Below, piece by piece: positions 24,178-38,282 of a DNA stretch of 64,000 nt. The notes under the pieces are model-generated. The model was not told the origin of the DNA and ran no database searches. It saw only the letters and a list, made by a program, of their open reading frames with translations. The DNA comes from Tubulanus polymorphus (taxonomy: Eukaryota > Animalia > Nemertea). Location: contig NC_134026.1 of assembly GCF_964204645.1 (NCBI RefSeq), forward strand, positions 21,114,150 to 21,178,149, in the 5' to 3' direction. A program made the translations under genes and the position numbers. Each line of letters begins with the position of its first letter. Within the stretch, counting starts at the first letter, position 1.

Positions 24178-27100
24178 GTTATGTCAAATATACATTTTTT
24201 GGGAAATTTGAACAGGCATTCCGTTCAAACTAGAGTTTGAGATACACGTTGGATGATATTTCCATTCAAAGTAATGCTTTATTCGTAAAGCTTGGACTTT
24301 TCTGCTTGTCGGGACTCGTGAGGACCGGTTTGGGATTTCTACATAATAACTGGATCATTTTTCAAAAAGACCCTTTTCTTAAAAGGGTTAAATTGGGTCA
24401 AAATGAATAAGCTGAAACTCCCTCACCAGCACCAAGGACGTAGCGCCGCAAAATAATCGATCTCGACCGTTGTCGGAGTAATAACAGTGATTGGGTTTGA
24501 CATTCCATAATGTAGTTCAACTGATTTACCTTACGTGAACTTCATACTTCAACTAGGATTCTTAGGTATCTTTGTTCAGAATTAGTAGATAATATATACG
24601 CAACCTATTATATTCGGTATGACTTTTAATCGTATTTTGTCAAGTTCACAATTCCGTTTTTCGAAGCCTCCATTAGAAATACAATTTGACCATGAAATCT
24701 ATTCTCGACTATTATTGATTGTTCCCGAAAAGCGCCACACACACAATGGTCAGAAATGAACGATAATAACGATAAGCTGTCTATGAAGATGTGAGATTAC
24801 GTGCGACCCGTAATGAATTGAATCCCGATATAACGAACGTGACCGGAGACTGGCGAAATGAATAGGGCCATTTCATTCTATAAGGCGGCCACTTTTCTCT
24901 CGGCGGGATCGGACAGTCGCGTTCGGTTATTACCATACGAAATCGATAGATCGTTGCGATGAATGGCAAGCGTCGTAACGCTCAGCGATATCTGATGCCA
25001 TGAGCCCTATAAAGCAAAATATGCCCGGAATTATGACTACGTCGTAATTTAGTCGTATACGCCGTCGCAACAGTCACAATCGTAGTTTACGGCCGTTTTT
25101 CGCGCATATAAAACAAATGTAACGATGCACGCTTAAATGGAATGATCGACGGCCAGTTGGTTTACGCGGTCAGTGACCCGAGTTTTGTTTATTCGGCAAT
25201 AGACATCATGTTAAACCATTCTCCGTAACGTTGTTGACTAGCATTGAATGAGTTTGTTCGTCCGGCTCCGCAATATTGTTGTAATGGGCTACCGGCACAG
25301 CTGCTGTGGCAATCGATGATTCCACGTAAATGGCAAGCGAAGATCCACCAGGTTCGCTAGTAGTTACTCGGTTACCGCGCTTCAATTTCTATCACATTTC
25401 TATAAAGTTCGAATCGACTATCAATTCCCAGTAAAACTATACCATACACTCATTGGGAACGTCAATCTAATATCTATTTGATCACTTGTTTGACAACGTT
25501 TTCATTTCGGAAACATCCAGTTCACCACGTAAAACTGAGTGTATTGTTACGCCATCTTTGTGTGAGCCGGTACCCCATTATTGATTGATTGCAGACGTGG
25601 ACTCATTTCGTCCCTGCTCGCGGGTTCGAATCAAGATGTTAGCGGCGCTTCGTTGTGTCTATCCCCCAGCTGCCGGGTCGGGAATACTTTTACATTTGCA
25701 TTTTACAGTAAAAATTAAACTAGCGAAAACGATTGACGCCGTGAACGAACAGAAAAGTGAAGTGACACTACAAATAAAATGTCATCTATACGCGTCTGAA
25801 ACTGATAAATGTCAATAAATGCACTTACAAAGGCATCGATCAAAACAGTCTAGAAATAACCATGAATATGCAATCATATGCTTCATAATGGACAGTAATA
25901 ATATTTTGGTTTTCTGGAGTCTAAGTGTGAGTGCGCGCGTTTATAATCGAATCTAGATGGCTTCGACCGGCATTATATGGCCAACGTCATTATAATCGTA
26001 CACTGGGTGCGACGTTGTGTTTTTTCAACGCGATTTTGCCGTGGGACTTACGTTTCGCAGTGAACGCTAACCACATTACGGGAGATAGTGGATGTCAAAA
26101 ATTCTCCTAATAGGATTTTCACGACGAAATAAGTTTCCCCGAATGTTACGATTCCTTCGCGAAATGTCACCGACAATTATTCGATCTCGAACACGGACGA
26201 GCCATATAGTTTCTCAATATATATAAGGACGTTTCCTAAAAACGCGAAGTAGGCGCGTACTAGTTTTCGCTTTGGGCCCTGTTGTTAATTTGTAAACATT
26301 GTCAACGAATGACGATAGATGCGGTGATCAAGTTTGTAGCATCACCTTACGAAACGAGCGAATCGAATGCGGTGATATATATCTTTACTATCAGGTCGTG
26401 GCAGTAACCATTTGTCTTTGCCTTCGGGATGACAGTAACAAAGTGTAATGGTTGTTTAGGATCACTGGTGTCGCATTGATGACGCAGGCCAAAGGGATAT
26501 CCGGCTGAGTCGTCGGGAGAACGTTTAGAATTTCAACTCGGAAATTGATGTATATATGTATCCATGAAAATATCGTCGATATTCAGTCCCCAATGATTTA
26601 TGCGTTGCATAAAACTACTAAAATAGATCTAGACACAGAAGCTTCTCTTATTTACAATAATTTTGATAGCTTCCTATGGCAAATGGTTACGATAAAACTA
26701 GTTTTTAGAAAAACTACGTACGAACCACTACGCATATAGCCTCAAGGGCATCAAATCTATCATTTTACTTCGGTTAAATTGAGCGTAGATAGATTTCTGT
26801 TTCCTCCTGAAGTGTGCAATTTCATTTTTTACCCCACGGTCGGTGCTGGCTGGAAAAACGTTTCCGTTCCATTTGAACAATGGAAATCCTAATTTAATCT
26901 TAATTAAATCGATCGCAATTTTTCTTCGGTCGGACAACTCGAAATTGGAATGCTGATCGCATTGACGTGTCCATATTTCGTACTCGGGGGACGGACGAAA
27001 GATGAGGTTTGTAATATTTTCCGGTTATGGCGGATGTTTGGTTGAAATCTCGAGCGAAAACACTGCTGTAAGCGTACACACATCACAGTCGATTTCACGC

Positions 27101-27685
27101 GTAACCTATTCCAGCAGGCGCAGCTATACAGGGATATTATATTAAACGAACTGTGGGTGATCTTTATGTGAGCGAAATCAAAGTTAATCAAGAAACCCTC
27201 TTTGCTTTCATCGGTGGTCATTCCCAAGTAAGGATCGTTTGATGCCGGCCGTGGTGAACATGGCGCAATTGCTTTCGGTGTGATACGCAACCCTAATCTT
27301 TGTACGTGCGAAGATCACAGCGCCTTTCGTCCAATCTTATTTCCCCGGATGATGGTGTAACGGTATTTAGTTGGAAAGAAAAAAATTGCCGCATTTTCGG
27401 TGACGACACCGGATTACCGCGGGCGGCAAAATTAAACACGTGTACATACGGATACGAGGGTAATGCCATTAGGGCAGCTGCGTAATTAATGAACATTTTC
27501 ATACGTATGTGCAAAAGTTCTTACATAGGCAGCCAGTATTTGGACATTCGCTAATTTTCCGGTGGCATTTCTAAACTAATAACTGAGGCAATTCGTGTTG
27601 ACATTTACACGAGCGGCTAGGAAAACTGTTGTTTTAAGTTAACAAGAAAACTAAGCTGAACGTTTGTTTCTTGAGTTAAAACGAA

Positions 27686-27992
27686 TTGCTGAATATTGTC
27701 GACAATAAATTATCAACTGTATAATATTAATGACCAATAAAGATATTTTGGATTTGGATATATCGATAATTGAATTGAATTGACCGGCAACCAGTCTAGC
27801 CCCGTTATAATTATTATTGATGACGTTGTGAACATCCTAGAAAAAATAATTATTACAATTTACCAAATATGAAACAAGAATATGAACGCTAACATTCAAA
27901 TTCAATTGTGAAACACCAATATTGATGACGTATAGCGCACATCGACTCACACGGAACCCCAACGCATAGGTATCAATGTATATAAATATTAT
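27686..27992. repeat. ~310 bp dispersed repeat, copy 2 (copy 1 at 19361-19694)
   Basis: Same blocks as copy 1; 36 nt identical core at 27769-27804. Confidence 0.9.
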
Positions 27993-29733
27993 CGTTTAAT
28001 ATAACTGTTTTACGGCATCAAAAAATCTGTAGTGAAAAAATTGAGATCTTCGATAAACTGTCGTTGACCAGTACTAAAAGTATATAGAAAATTAATTCCC
28101 GTCTTTGAATAACTAACTTTGAGAACTAATTATTTCGGATGTTGTTTGATGCTGGAAATGTTTGGTTCGATTTACGCTCCAAAGGCACTTGTGCAAGTTA
28201 CGCATTCATCGGACATCAGTCAAATTGAGAGAAAATGTCGGAGATCTAAACGTTTCAATAATACAAACAGGACCCCGGGGTTGAGAATGTCGAATAGCGG
28301 ACGACAACAATATTCATCTTTATGATTATTGCATAATTGACATTCTCTTCCAATGCCTCCAACGTCAATTGATTTTTAAGCCGAATTAATTTCTTTCTGA
28401 AAATTCACTCATGGTTCGTTGTTTCTTATCAGTCTCGCATATTGCGTAACACGTTTGTTACCCATTCTTACATAGTTTCTGTCTTGCGCCACAATTCTCC
28501 GCGAAACTGGTATAAAAATGTTAAGTTCATTACATGAATGGGGGTAAAACTATACGTTATACGCGTACTTCTCTCGCACCAGTTTCCCTGGGAAACATGT
28601 AAAAATGGCTTTTCTGGGAATTATCTCGTTGATCCCTCTTGTGCATCGTACTGTGCACCCTTACAGCGGGGAATTGTTTCCGGCGGCTACAAACAGTTTC
28701 TCCAGCCAAGCGATATGTGTGGGCACATAACGTACGTATGGGTATTTTATACGTATGGAATATTGAGTTGTTTATACTTCGGATTTTTTTCAGCCCTCCG
28801 AACCAAACCAAACGCATGAATGTTTGTGGATCTATGTCAATCATATGAATGTATTCTACAGAATGGTGTTACATAGTAAGACTAGGCGCAATATCGCCCG
28901 ATTCTTCTTTTACGATTCTTTTACTAAAGGTGTACACACCGGCAGCGCGGCTGTACTTTTTTCCCGTTAGTCTCTCCGCAACGATCAAAATGAGCTCCAC
29001 GCAACCGCAACGTTGATGAGCAACTTCCCTCATTTCTTTCGACAGCAGAAAAACATAAAGACCTCAGTATACTGTATACGATGCTTTCAGAATGAACTAC
29101 GATCCGCCTTTACTTTTAAGCCTGATTACGCGAAAGCGCTTTCTCGTGTTCCTTATGTAGCGCGAACAATTATTCCATATCACTTCTTGTTTATATTGCC
29201 GCGACTCCTACGTAATTCGGCTTCGTTTTTTGACGGCGCGTCATTACATGACAAATGATAAGCGAGCGCGTTTTTTTCCGGCCGTATACCGCCGGCGATT
29301 CAGATTCTATAGTAAGACTAGCAATAAAAATGTCCGGTTCATTATCAACTACAAACCACCGGCGCGCATACGCCATGTTGAATCTTATTTATGCGGCCAT
29401 AAACTTCGCTTTATCCGACATTTAATGACCGAATGGCACAACGATGGTTGCCATGATTTTTAGTTTTATGTTACTGGCAAGTGTCGAGTATGAATGCTGA
29501 TTTGTGTTTACTCCTTGTAGATTAATTATGCTATATGGTGAACCATTTATACCTGATGGTATTAGATCCCGATGCGCTCTCATAAAACTATTTCTATATT
29601 CTTGTTTACTCGCTGGGGGCAGTTTTAATATAGAGTGTCAGCGGGTTTACTGAAATTAACAGCGATGAATGTGATAGGGAGAGCACAATTCAATATAGCC
29701 GTTTTAATTAAGGAAAGTCCTCGGTGATCTTAT

Positions 29734-29799
29734 TAAGGGCGGCTACGGCATGCTTCGATGGGGTGGTGCCAGACATGCCACTGTGAGCCGTTCACCTTA
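29734..29799. repeat. ~66 bp imperfect hairpin (tiny MITE or small-RNA precursor)
   Basis: TAAGG-GCGGCT-AC-GGCATG ... CATGCC-..GT.-AGCCGT-..CCTTA. Confidence 0.5.
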
Positions 29800-32700
29800 T
29801 TGTACAAAAGCGGCAGCATATTTCGATATTTGGGATGTAATAACTAAATGGAACTAGACATGAACAGACTTAGTTATTTTGCTATGATAATCATAAACAG
29901 CAAGATGAAAGTGGGAGGGGCTTCGTTATCAGCGATTAGAAATGGCGTCATTACAGCAAAGAATGGTCGACAGGCTTCGCAAAACAACAATTTCAAACAT
30001 ACCGAGCCTCAGCTCGGAGGTTTTGTGGGAAGACTCGAAATCTTTTTCAGTCAGTTTTTCGTTCGAACGCAAATTACCCGACCCTTCGATATTTACGGCG
30101 GAATGATAACCCCAGACAGCTCCCAACATGAAAATTGCCAACCCAACCCCCAAGATTCTCTTCATTTGGGGAGATTTTTTAATACAGTTTTTACCTTCGG
30201 TGACCCAAATGTTATACACGAATGAGCTTAAATCGCTGTAGTTGTGACGTTAATTGCGAGGGAAAAACTTCATCGGGTTTTAGACTTTAGATGGGTACTA
30301 TCTTCTACTTCCCGAATCCACAATCAGTATAAAATGCTGGTCCAGAAAACATTATTTATCAATCAGTTCATATCATTTGACGAGAATCAAATATCGTAAT
30401 ATTGGTTATTTCTGTACGTACAAGGTAAATTACATAGATTAGAAGAATTGATGAATGTTATGTAATCATGGAGTTTGTTCTATGACTGCAAAATGGATAT
30501 GATCTCTTTAATAATCTGTTTGGCCACCACCATGTCTACGTACCGCGCTCCGTAGCTACGATTTGCCTACCCTATAAAAAACTATTTCGTTCGATCGAAA
30601 AATTATTCGTCCTAATAAAAAACATTTGAAATGTTTTCGTTCGAACGAAAAGATTATTTCGTACCCGCGAAGAATGATTATTCTCTACTATACACCATTG
30701 GATGATATGAAACCATATGAAAGGACGAAGTTTCCTGTTCCAAACTAGGAAATCGAAACGCTACATCGTTACGTGGAATATGCTTGCTAGAATCTGCCTT
30801 TGCTTTTCCGATTCATCTGCAGCAGATTGTCATTCAAACTTGTGGTTCGTCGCGGCGCATTTTCGACTGTAGTCGGGCGCACGGATCAACACGTTTAATC
30901 CTAGCCGTACTTAGGTCGGCTTTCGAATCGACTCGTTGATCCAATAACTAGCCACCGTCGCAACGTTGGCAGAAGCGGAGTAAGCGCGCGCATTCGTCGT
31001 CTGATTCACCGCAAATAAACCGGCGCCGGTACATCATATTCATGCGACTATCCGGGACACGCTGAGCTAATTTGCCGAATTTATCCAACTCGGGTTTCGT
31101 TATCAAACGGCTGGATGGCGTTTCTTCCGCGCAAACTGTAATTCAACAACTTTCGCTAAGCCCGCAGACGCCGGGGCGCTTGTGACTACTTGTTACAGTT
31201 GCTCACTCGCGGGCAGTACTGTATTTGTCGCGGCGACAAATTGTTTAATTGAATTCGCGTACTTTTGAAGGCAATTTAATTCACATCATCCCGCACCGGG
31301 TCGATACTCAACACGCGTTTGTCGCAATCTTGTTTAGAACGATTTTGACGATAAACTCGATTTGCGTAAAATATGTTGCCGGGAAAAATATGCCCGTCGG
31401 TAATTCTATCAGTATTAGTATAAACTGACTGTGACAAGTTAATGGACGCGTGTGAGCTCGGCAAAACCGCCAATTACTTTGCATTAAGCATGTAAAAGCT
31501 ATACCCGCGGCTGGTGCCTTAGTTCTCCGACACAACATCTTTTACACGCCACGCATCTCTTAATCGTTTGTATCCAATTTTCGACGACACGAAATGAACA
31601 GTGTGGCCAAGGGCAAGAACGATCGATATCGCCGTCGGACTTAACGTGTTTTGAACTTGAACATCCCGAAATCATCGCATTATTCAATTAATTGTATAAA
31701 GAAATGTACCCGCAGCACGAAGCAAGTACTAGGTGGAACACTCGAGGGCTTTTTGAATAGCGGTTAAATGATTTAATGCGCCTGCAAAACAAAACCGGGT
31801 GATCAGACGGGAGATTATCGTCGTATTGTAGCCTCATGAATGGATAACACGAAAAATTAAAGTCTAATTGCATAATCGTTAAATGCGATATTTCAATCAG
31901 CCGTCTTGTCGTCTTTTAGGTGAATTATGGATTAGAAGCCATACGTGAAAAACCGTACACTCAAAAGAATTAGGAAAAAAACGTATCTTTGTTCGATATT
32001 CTTTAGCCACATTTCCGATTTCGATATCTAAGCCTCCGTTTTGTTCCCGGCAGGTGCGGTGCAGGTGTGAATAGAACGCACCCAATAAAGAAATAAGAAA
32101 CACATTGAAATATAATATGTATGATTTAAGGGGATCTGATACGTCGAAACATAACATACCATCTGATCATATCGACTTCTTTCTTCCACTCCCCATTTTA
32201 CATTATAAGTGTAACATAAGACGTGTCTTCATCTATACCTGCATATAATCATGACTGACATGATATTGTATCAGTTTAAATTAGCTCTCCGTTCAACGCG
32301 CAAGCATGCATTGTAGATATATACGTGAGTCTCGGAGTCGAAAAGTCAAAATTAGCAATACCAAAATATAAGCATCTCGTATCATCCGACGGTGATAACA
32401 ACTTTTTATCGAATCAACAAATTGTTGAAATTTTTGAAAACTTATGTCTAATAGATATGACACCGACAAGCAGGGTACGTATATATCATGACTAATAACA
32501 TTATGATTATGATTTGTAGATTCTGACTTGACTTGCTAAGTGTTGGATTTAGTGACGAAGATCATATTGGTCAAAAGGTAGGTTGGGCATTTCATTAGGA
32601 TTTTCCTCGAGTGCATTAAAAATCTTCATTTTTTTATAAAAACGTCCATCACGTGTAGCAGCCATCTTTTTTTTGAAGATATCGCTGTATCAGATTTACG

Positions 32701-32911
32701 CTCAGCACTGGTTGCCATATTTCATCGATGTTTTCATAAACTCGAGCTATTTTGTAAAAAAAGGTTTTGCCGGCGGATCTATGTGGCCCGCATTCTGACT
32801 CTTGAACTCCACGTAAACCGAAATATATTTCCTTGCAATCCTTGTTTAGTAAGTGGTATAGTCATATTATTTCGAAATGGGTAACGCCTGATCCTCCTTT
32901 ACGTATCAAAA

Positions 32912-33197
32912 CAAGGTCTGATCTGGGATTCTTTCAAAAGGGTCTTGAAATGGGAAATGGCACTTAATTTCAATAGGGCACATTTGGCAATGCAATGGCT
33001 GCTAGGGGAACATTGGTGGGGTTCTGGTGGCTCTCCCATAGAAAAATTAGGACAAATAGTGGCTTTTGTTTGCCTTATCAGGACCAATTTGGAATTTTTT
33101 TTAGTCTTTATGAGATTTTCTTTTTAAAAAAGTTTTCCTGACTTCTTGGAGGGCACATTCGATCAGTCCACCCTGTCCACTACTAGATCCGCGCTTG
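32912..33197. mobile_element. Non-autonomous TIR element, same family as 9533-9854
   Basis: CAAGGTCTGATCT ... AGATCCGCGCTTG ends; interior alignable to the 9.5 kb copy. Confidence 0.65.
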
Positions 33198-35671
33198 TAA
33201 AAAAACATCGTATCTTAAGACGCACACAATATGACCTCGACATTGCTCTCACTTCACGGGATCGATAGAAAGGAACGGCAGCCTTTTATACGTTCCCGCT
33301 AGTTTTAACCTGAGCGAGCGCGTGTTATTCTTTCTTTGCGTTCTCAGGTAACGCAGGGTTAATCGAATTAATTTGAAATTCAAAGCAGCAACCTCATCGT
33401 CTTGTTAAATGTAATCAAAGTCTCGGTGACTATACGCCTGCAACCTTCGAGCTAGAAGATAATTTTCGCATGTGACCACGTTCGAGAAGTCGACCTGGAA
33501 TACATCTTATGAGAAGCCGGCGTAAACGACGATTCCTGATGGCGAGTTTGTGAATTTTAATAGCAATGTCTATACCGGTGACATGTCATCTGGTTGTCAG
33601 CGAAACTCACAGTGCTGGAAGACAGGGTTGAGATAGGTTTTCGCTATCGAGTTGAGCTCCAGTATCCTCGAGTGTACCGACATCCATCTTATACGTTCAT
33701 AGGTTGCGTTATGTGTCGTGATTATACAAGATATGTCATGTGAAAATATCGATTGAAAATGAAATTATTAATTTTAAACAACGTTTGGCTCTCTCCTTTC
33801 GTCATGCTATCAACTACGTTTTGGGGTTGTCTTTTCATCATTGGTTTAGATACACGTTTACACGTTACGTATTACAGTGGTTGTTCATGGGTATTTCAAA
33901 ATATTCAAATCAAGCATTTTTCATTTGCTAGCCGTCATTTTGTGAGGGGGACTTAAGTCCTGCATTGTTGGGTCGTTTTTTCTATTTTCCTATTTGCCCA
34001 AGTTGTAGAAATGTGAATCTTTAGTTTTCAGTTATGTAAACTCATTTAACAAATTTTCTATGATGCGACATAAGAGCCATGTAAAAAAGTGTGACCAATT
34101 TATTTTGCCACGCACGTAAAAATTCAGGGTACTCCAATTTGAAGCTCGTCTTTCCCAAAAATGATTTTCGAAAAACATTCTTACGTTTTAGGAACTGTAC
34201 GCATAAACGTCCCCTTTCAAATGAAGTTTGAAATCTAAAGGTGTCTCCACCAGTATTCATTCTCTATTCCATCGCGGCGCGTCTACTGTCATTGCTATTC
34301 TGTGCAGCAGTACTTCTTCACTTTCACTGTCTATCTACAGAAAATCGTTTTAGTTGTTGTTTTTAAGGTTGAATATTACGTCATTTATTCTCTTCCAATG
34401 CCATATGTTTTATCTTATACGATGCTGAAATGGTCTGGCTATTCTTTTGTAGACAGTCAGATGGCCTACATCATTTCTTTTTCAAAAGTATCGCTTCTTA
34501 TTCGAAAAGCAATTCCTTTTTATCCCCGGAACACTTAAGCGAGATTATTTTTTCTTTATATCCAAGCATAAAAAAAGTTGCGGAATCAGGGCATTAAGTG
34601 CGTAGACAGAAAAAAAAATCATAACTGCACTGGAAAAGATTCGATGTTATACACGAAAAACCAATTCCAATCAGGTATTCGATAATTGTAACTAAATCGT
34701 ATTTGGCTCCGGGCGAGGAATGATTAGAGAAGAAACCCCCGCAACTCAAGGCAATAGGAGATCATTTCCATTCGTGGCTGGTATTAACCCCCAATCAGTT
34801 GGCTATTGTTTATTGGGCCAATTAGGAACCATTGGCCGGGTTTTCGGGCACGTTCCTCGATTCTCATATTCCGCTCGTCATGATCGTCGCTGATTTGATT
34901 AATAGCCACGAAAACGACGACGCTGATTTGACAATTATCGGCTGATCTTTTTCGCCGCACGACGCGTCATCCACCTTATCTGCAACAACCAGACATATTT
35001 GGGGCTGGCTAAAGGACAAGACGGGCGCGCGCGGTATTCACCCTGTCACTTTCTTAATTATTCAGTCCTCGTTCATCGCGAGAGTTATATTTAGAAGTTT
35101 TTGACTGATGACGAAGATGATGAAGATCAATATTCAAACAACGGTTAAATGAAACCTGATATGACGAGACGAGAAATAAGAAAGTTAACGCCTGACATTT
35201 TCGATAAGATGGATGTTGAATTTTAATGTCTTATATATTGAAATGTTTTTCCTTATCTATATCTTTATTTTTTCGGGAAATTTCTGAAAAAGATATGGTG
35301 TCCTCGAGACGCTTCCGTCGTTTCGATTATCATAGCAAAATAAACCATCTGGTACGAATGGAATTGAGTTGTAAGGTAAATAACTGAATATTGACTGGAC
35401 CAGGCCCGAGTCAAATTTAGCCCATTCCCAATTAGAGAGCGCGTTCACACGTAAACTACTCACTCGATACTAAACAATACTCGAACAAGGTGAGTAACTT
35501 CCGGAACCTGTAGCAATTCACTAACAACAATTTTACCAGTGCTTAATTTTTTTTTCGGGCCCGGTCCGACGTTTTTGATCGGGCCGAACAGGCACGGGCC
35601 CATTTGGCACCCGCACGCGAACAGTTATTCGCAAAAAAACGCTCGTGCGGTCGCTATAGATTAGAATCGAA

Positions 35672-35703
35672 TATCTATCGATCTATCTATCTATCTATCT
35701 ATC
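35672..35703. repeat. (TATC)n microsatellite
   Basis: tatctatcgatctatctatctatctatctatc. Confidence 0.85.
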
Positions 35704-36476
35704 GAATCTCATAATTATTGTACAAGGTCTTAGTTGCAATATATAGGAATATAGAGATATCTCTGACAAATCTCATCCTATCGCACCGAAACGTCGTTAG
35801 CGTGTTATTATGGTGCCGTATGATTTTTTTGTTCAACGTCCGGCACGAAAATAAATACCAATCGCGTAAATTGTCGGCGTAGTTATAGTAATTGCCGCGG
35901 CCTATCAGATGGCCGACTATTCATTTTGTTTTTGTGATGATCCGAGAATCTTAAAACGTCGCCGTTAACGATGATAAATACGAGTTAGCCTAGAATGTGG
36001 ACACGTTCGCAGTCACGAATCACGGCCATTAGCGTGACGAAAATCGCCGCGTAAATTGCGCATTGACCTTTACCGACGTTCGGCGGACACCGGTTACAGA
36101 CCGCGTGCCGGACGCTCGCGCCTAATTCTCCCGCCCGCGATTACAACGACGACGTCGACGACGAATATTCGAAACGGATGCGTAAAATTCTCGTTGGAAA
36201 TTCAGCCGCCTAATCGGGAAAGGCATGTCAAAGCGTGTAGTAATCCATCATCATCGGTTGTTTTCGATCGTAAACGAAAACGAAATCACGACGGCGAACA
36301 TGCGGTGTCACACACGCGCACGATTTAGATTCAACAGGAAGGACAGCTTTTACGACGCCAAATAACGCCAGCATGTTCATCTTTATAGGCTGTCGTCGCA
36401 CACTGCTTTTTCATTTCCTCACAAGGAAGCCTTTGATATTTGCTCTTTCATTAATTTATGCCTGTTGTTGTTTCAG

Positions 36477-36641
36477 AAGCAGTTGGTCCACCGTGAAACC
36501 GTCTAAATATTAAGTTATACATAGTTTCAGCACGGCTTCTTCCCGGTAGAGCGCCGTTCATTATGTGACATTGAATAGATATCGTCTTTTAATCTGATTT
36601 TTATTCTATGCTGCGGACGATGAAATCAATGTAAACAGAAA
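36477..36641 (+). other. Candidate non-coding (5'UTR) internal exon
   Basis: Acceptor cctgttgttgtttcag and donor AAG|GTAATC; no through-frame; a strong upstream donor AAG|GTGAGT at 35489/35490. Confidence 0.3.
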
Positions 36642-36853
36642 GGTAATCATTAACCTCGCCGATATCAGAAATACAGATATGAAAAGGATCTACGCTGTTT
36701 CAAGGATATTAAACTTTTAGAGATTTGTTTGATGAGACTGACTGATGTAATAGAAAGTACACGTTACTTTCGTCGGTCAACCAGCTATACGCGAACCAAA
36801 GCGGCGCTGATTTTCTGTTTGGAAACTTTAAGTGGGTGGTTATAGTCTTGCAG

Positions 36854-36966
36854 GGGATGGTTGCTCGAAAGTTGGATAACCGATGAATAAATTCCATAGT
36901 AACAATGAACTTTTAAATGTCAACTATCAACTGGCTAACTCTAACCAACTTTTAGGCAACCAGTTC
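36854..36966. mobile_element. PIF/Harbinger-like MITE
   Basis: TIRs GGGATGGTTGCTCGAAAGTTGG / CCAACTTTTAGGCAACCAGTTC, flanked by CAG on both sides. Confidence 0.7.
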
Positions 36967-37613
36967 CAGGGTTGAAATATTCCATTGTAGAAATCTGACA
37001 GTACATCATTTTTTGACTCTCGTGTACTAGATTCCAGAATTCTAAATCAATAGAAAAACACCCGACGTAGAGCACTGTTTCGTACGGGAGCGTCCCGGGG
37101 ACATTTTTCTTTCTAAAAAAAAGAAAAGATTTCGCACTTTATTCCGAGTAACTAGTCAACTATAGTTGCAAACTCGAAATAAGCCGAGCTCTTCGGCAAC
37201 TTTTTGACTTATCAGTTATGGGATGGTATATAAGAAGTTGTTTTTGTTGATTATAACCATTTTTGTTTCGTTCGGCATTGTCTCTCATTTTTGTAGAAGC
37301 ACGTAGGCCGAGTAATCACCCGAGATTTAATGAAAGCTCGTTTCTTATTCCCATCGTGTGAATCATATTTCAAAAACGCCCGAGATCAAAGTATGCCGAT
37401 ATCGTAACTTATCCTTCGTCAACATCTCACTGGGAGAACTTCAAATGATTATCACATTATCCGACGCTCGTACGACAAACGCAATTTTTAATTGTTAACT
37501 CGAAAGTGGCTCTGAAACCAAATGTTCGACAAAAATCATAATATTCTCACCTACAAAAAAAAGGTTCCACGAAAATGTAACTTACGTTTAGATACGCGCG
37601 GCGCAGTATATTT

Positions 37614-37892
37614 GGGGCACAGTAGCTCAGAGGTATGAGGCGTGATGTGCTGTGATGCTGTTGCATTCGCTATATCCTGATTGACAAGCGGGTTCGAGTC
37701 CAGCCGTTTACTTTGCGCGGTAGGCGCCTCAAAGACCATCGTGCATGGTCGACAACGAACAATGTAGTAGAATAGGGTCGGGGTTGGGAAAGATCCGAAA
37801 GCAAGATAGTATACGTAATCTATCGAGATCGATTAAGTATTTGAGGACCCATAATAACTTGGAAGCATTGAAAGATGATTGATGATAATAAT
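37614..37892 (+). mobile_element. tRNA-derived SINE-like element
   Basis: GGGG start, Pol III A box TAGCTCAGAGG (37623-37633), B box GGTTCGAGTCC (37691-37701), no acceptor-stem pairing, and a (GAT/TAA)-repeat tail at ~37874-37892. Confidence 0.65.
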
Positions 37893-38282
37893 CCGGAGAG
37901 TAATGAAAGAATTGTCTTAGATGTAGTGGATGATGATCAGTCACAAGATGCGTCCTCATTTACTCGCTCTGGCGAATCTAAGTTACTGTTTTTAGATATA
38001 CGATTTAAATCATTATTGATCAGTCATTTCCGGGCAATATGCAAAGGATATCTTCTCCGAAATAGCAAACAATATAAACTATCCTTTTTCCCTTCTTCTT
38101 TCGTTTATTTTTTTCTTTTTTGATCCACGAATGTTTGTAATCCGATATCTATCCGTTCACCCATGAACGGCATTACCATTTTTTCTTTTTTGCTCTTCTG
38201 CCTCTCACTCTCTCTCTCTTTCCCTTCATCAAAATCCGTCTCCACTCGACGAACAGTTAATGGGGACTCGATCGAACCAACT

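Noticed and set aside
25253-25274. TTTGTTCGTCCGGCTC resembles the 5' part of mature miR-375
   Set aside because: The 3' end diverges (CGCAAT) and there is no complementary 5p arm upstream, so no pre-miRNA hairpin forms.
30723-30760. Hammerhead-like GACGA-TTTCCT/AGGAAA-TCGAAAC
   Set aside because: It lacks the CUGA core (AGGA instead) and has no clear stem I or III.
37616-37712. Functional tRNA gene
   Set aside because: A and B boxes are present, but the acceptor and anticodon stems do not pair; treated as a SINE head.
37875-38123. Acidic ORF MIDDNNPESNERIVLDVVDDD as a first exon
   Set aside because: It starts inside the SINE simple-repeat tail and has no good splice donor.
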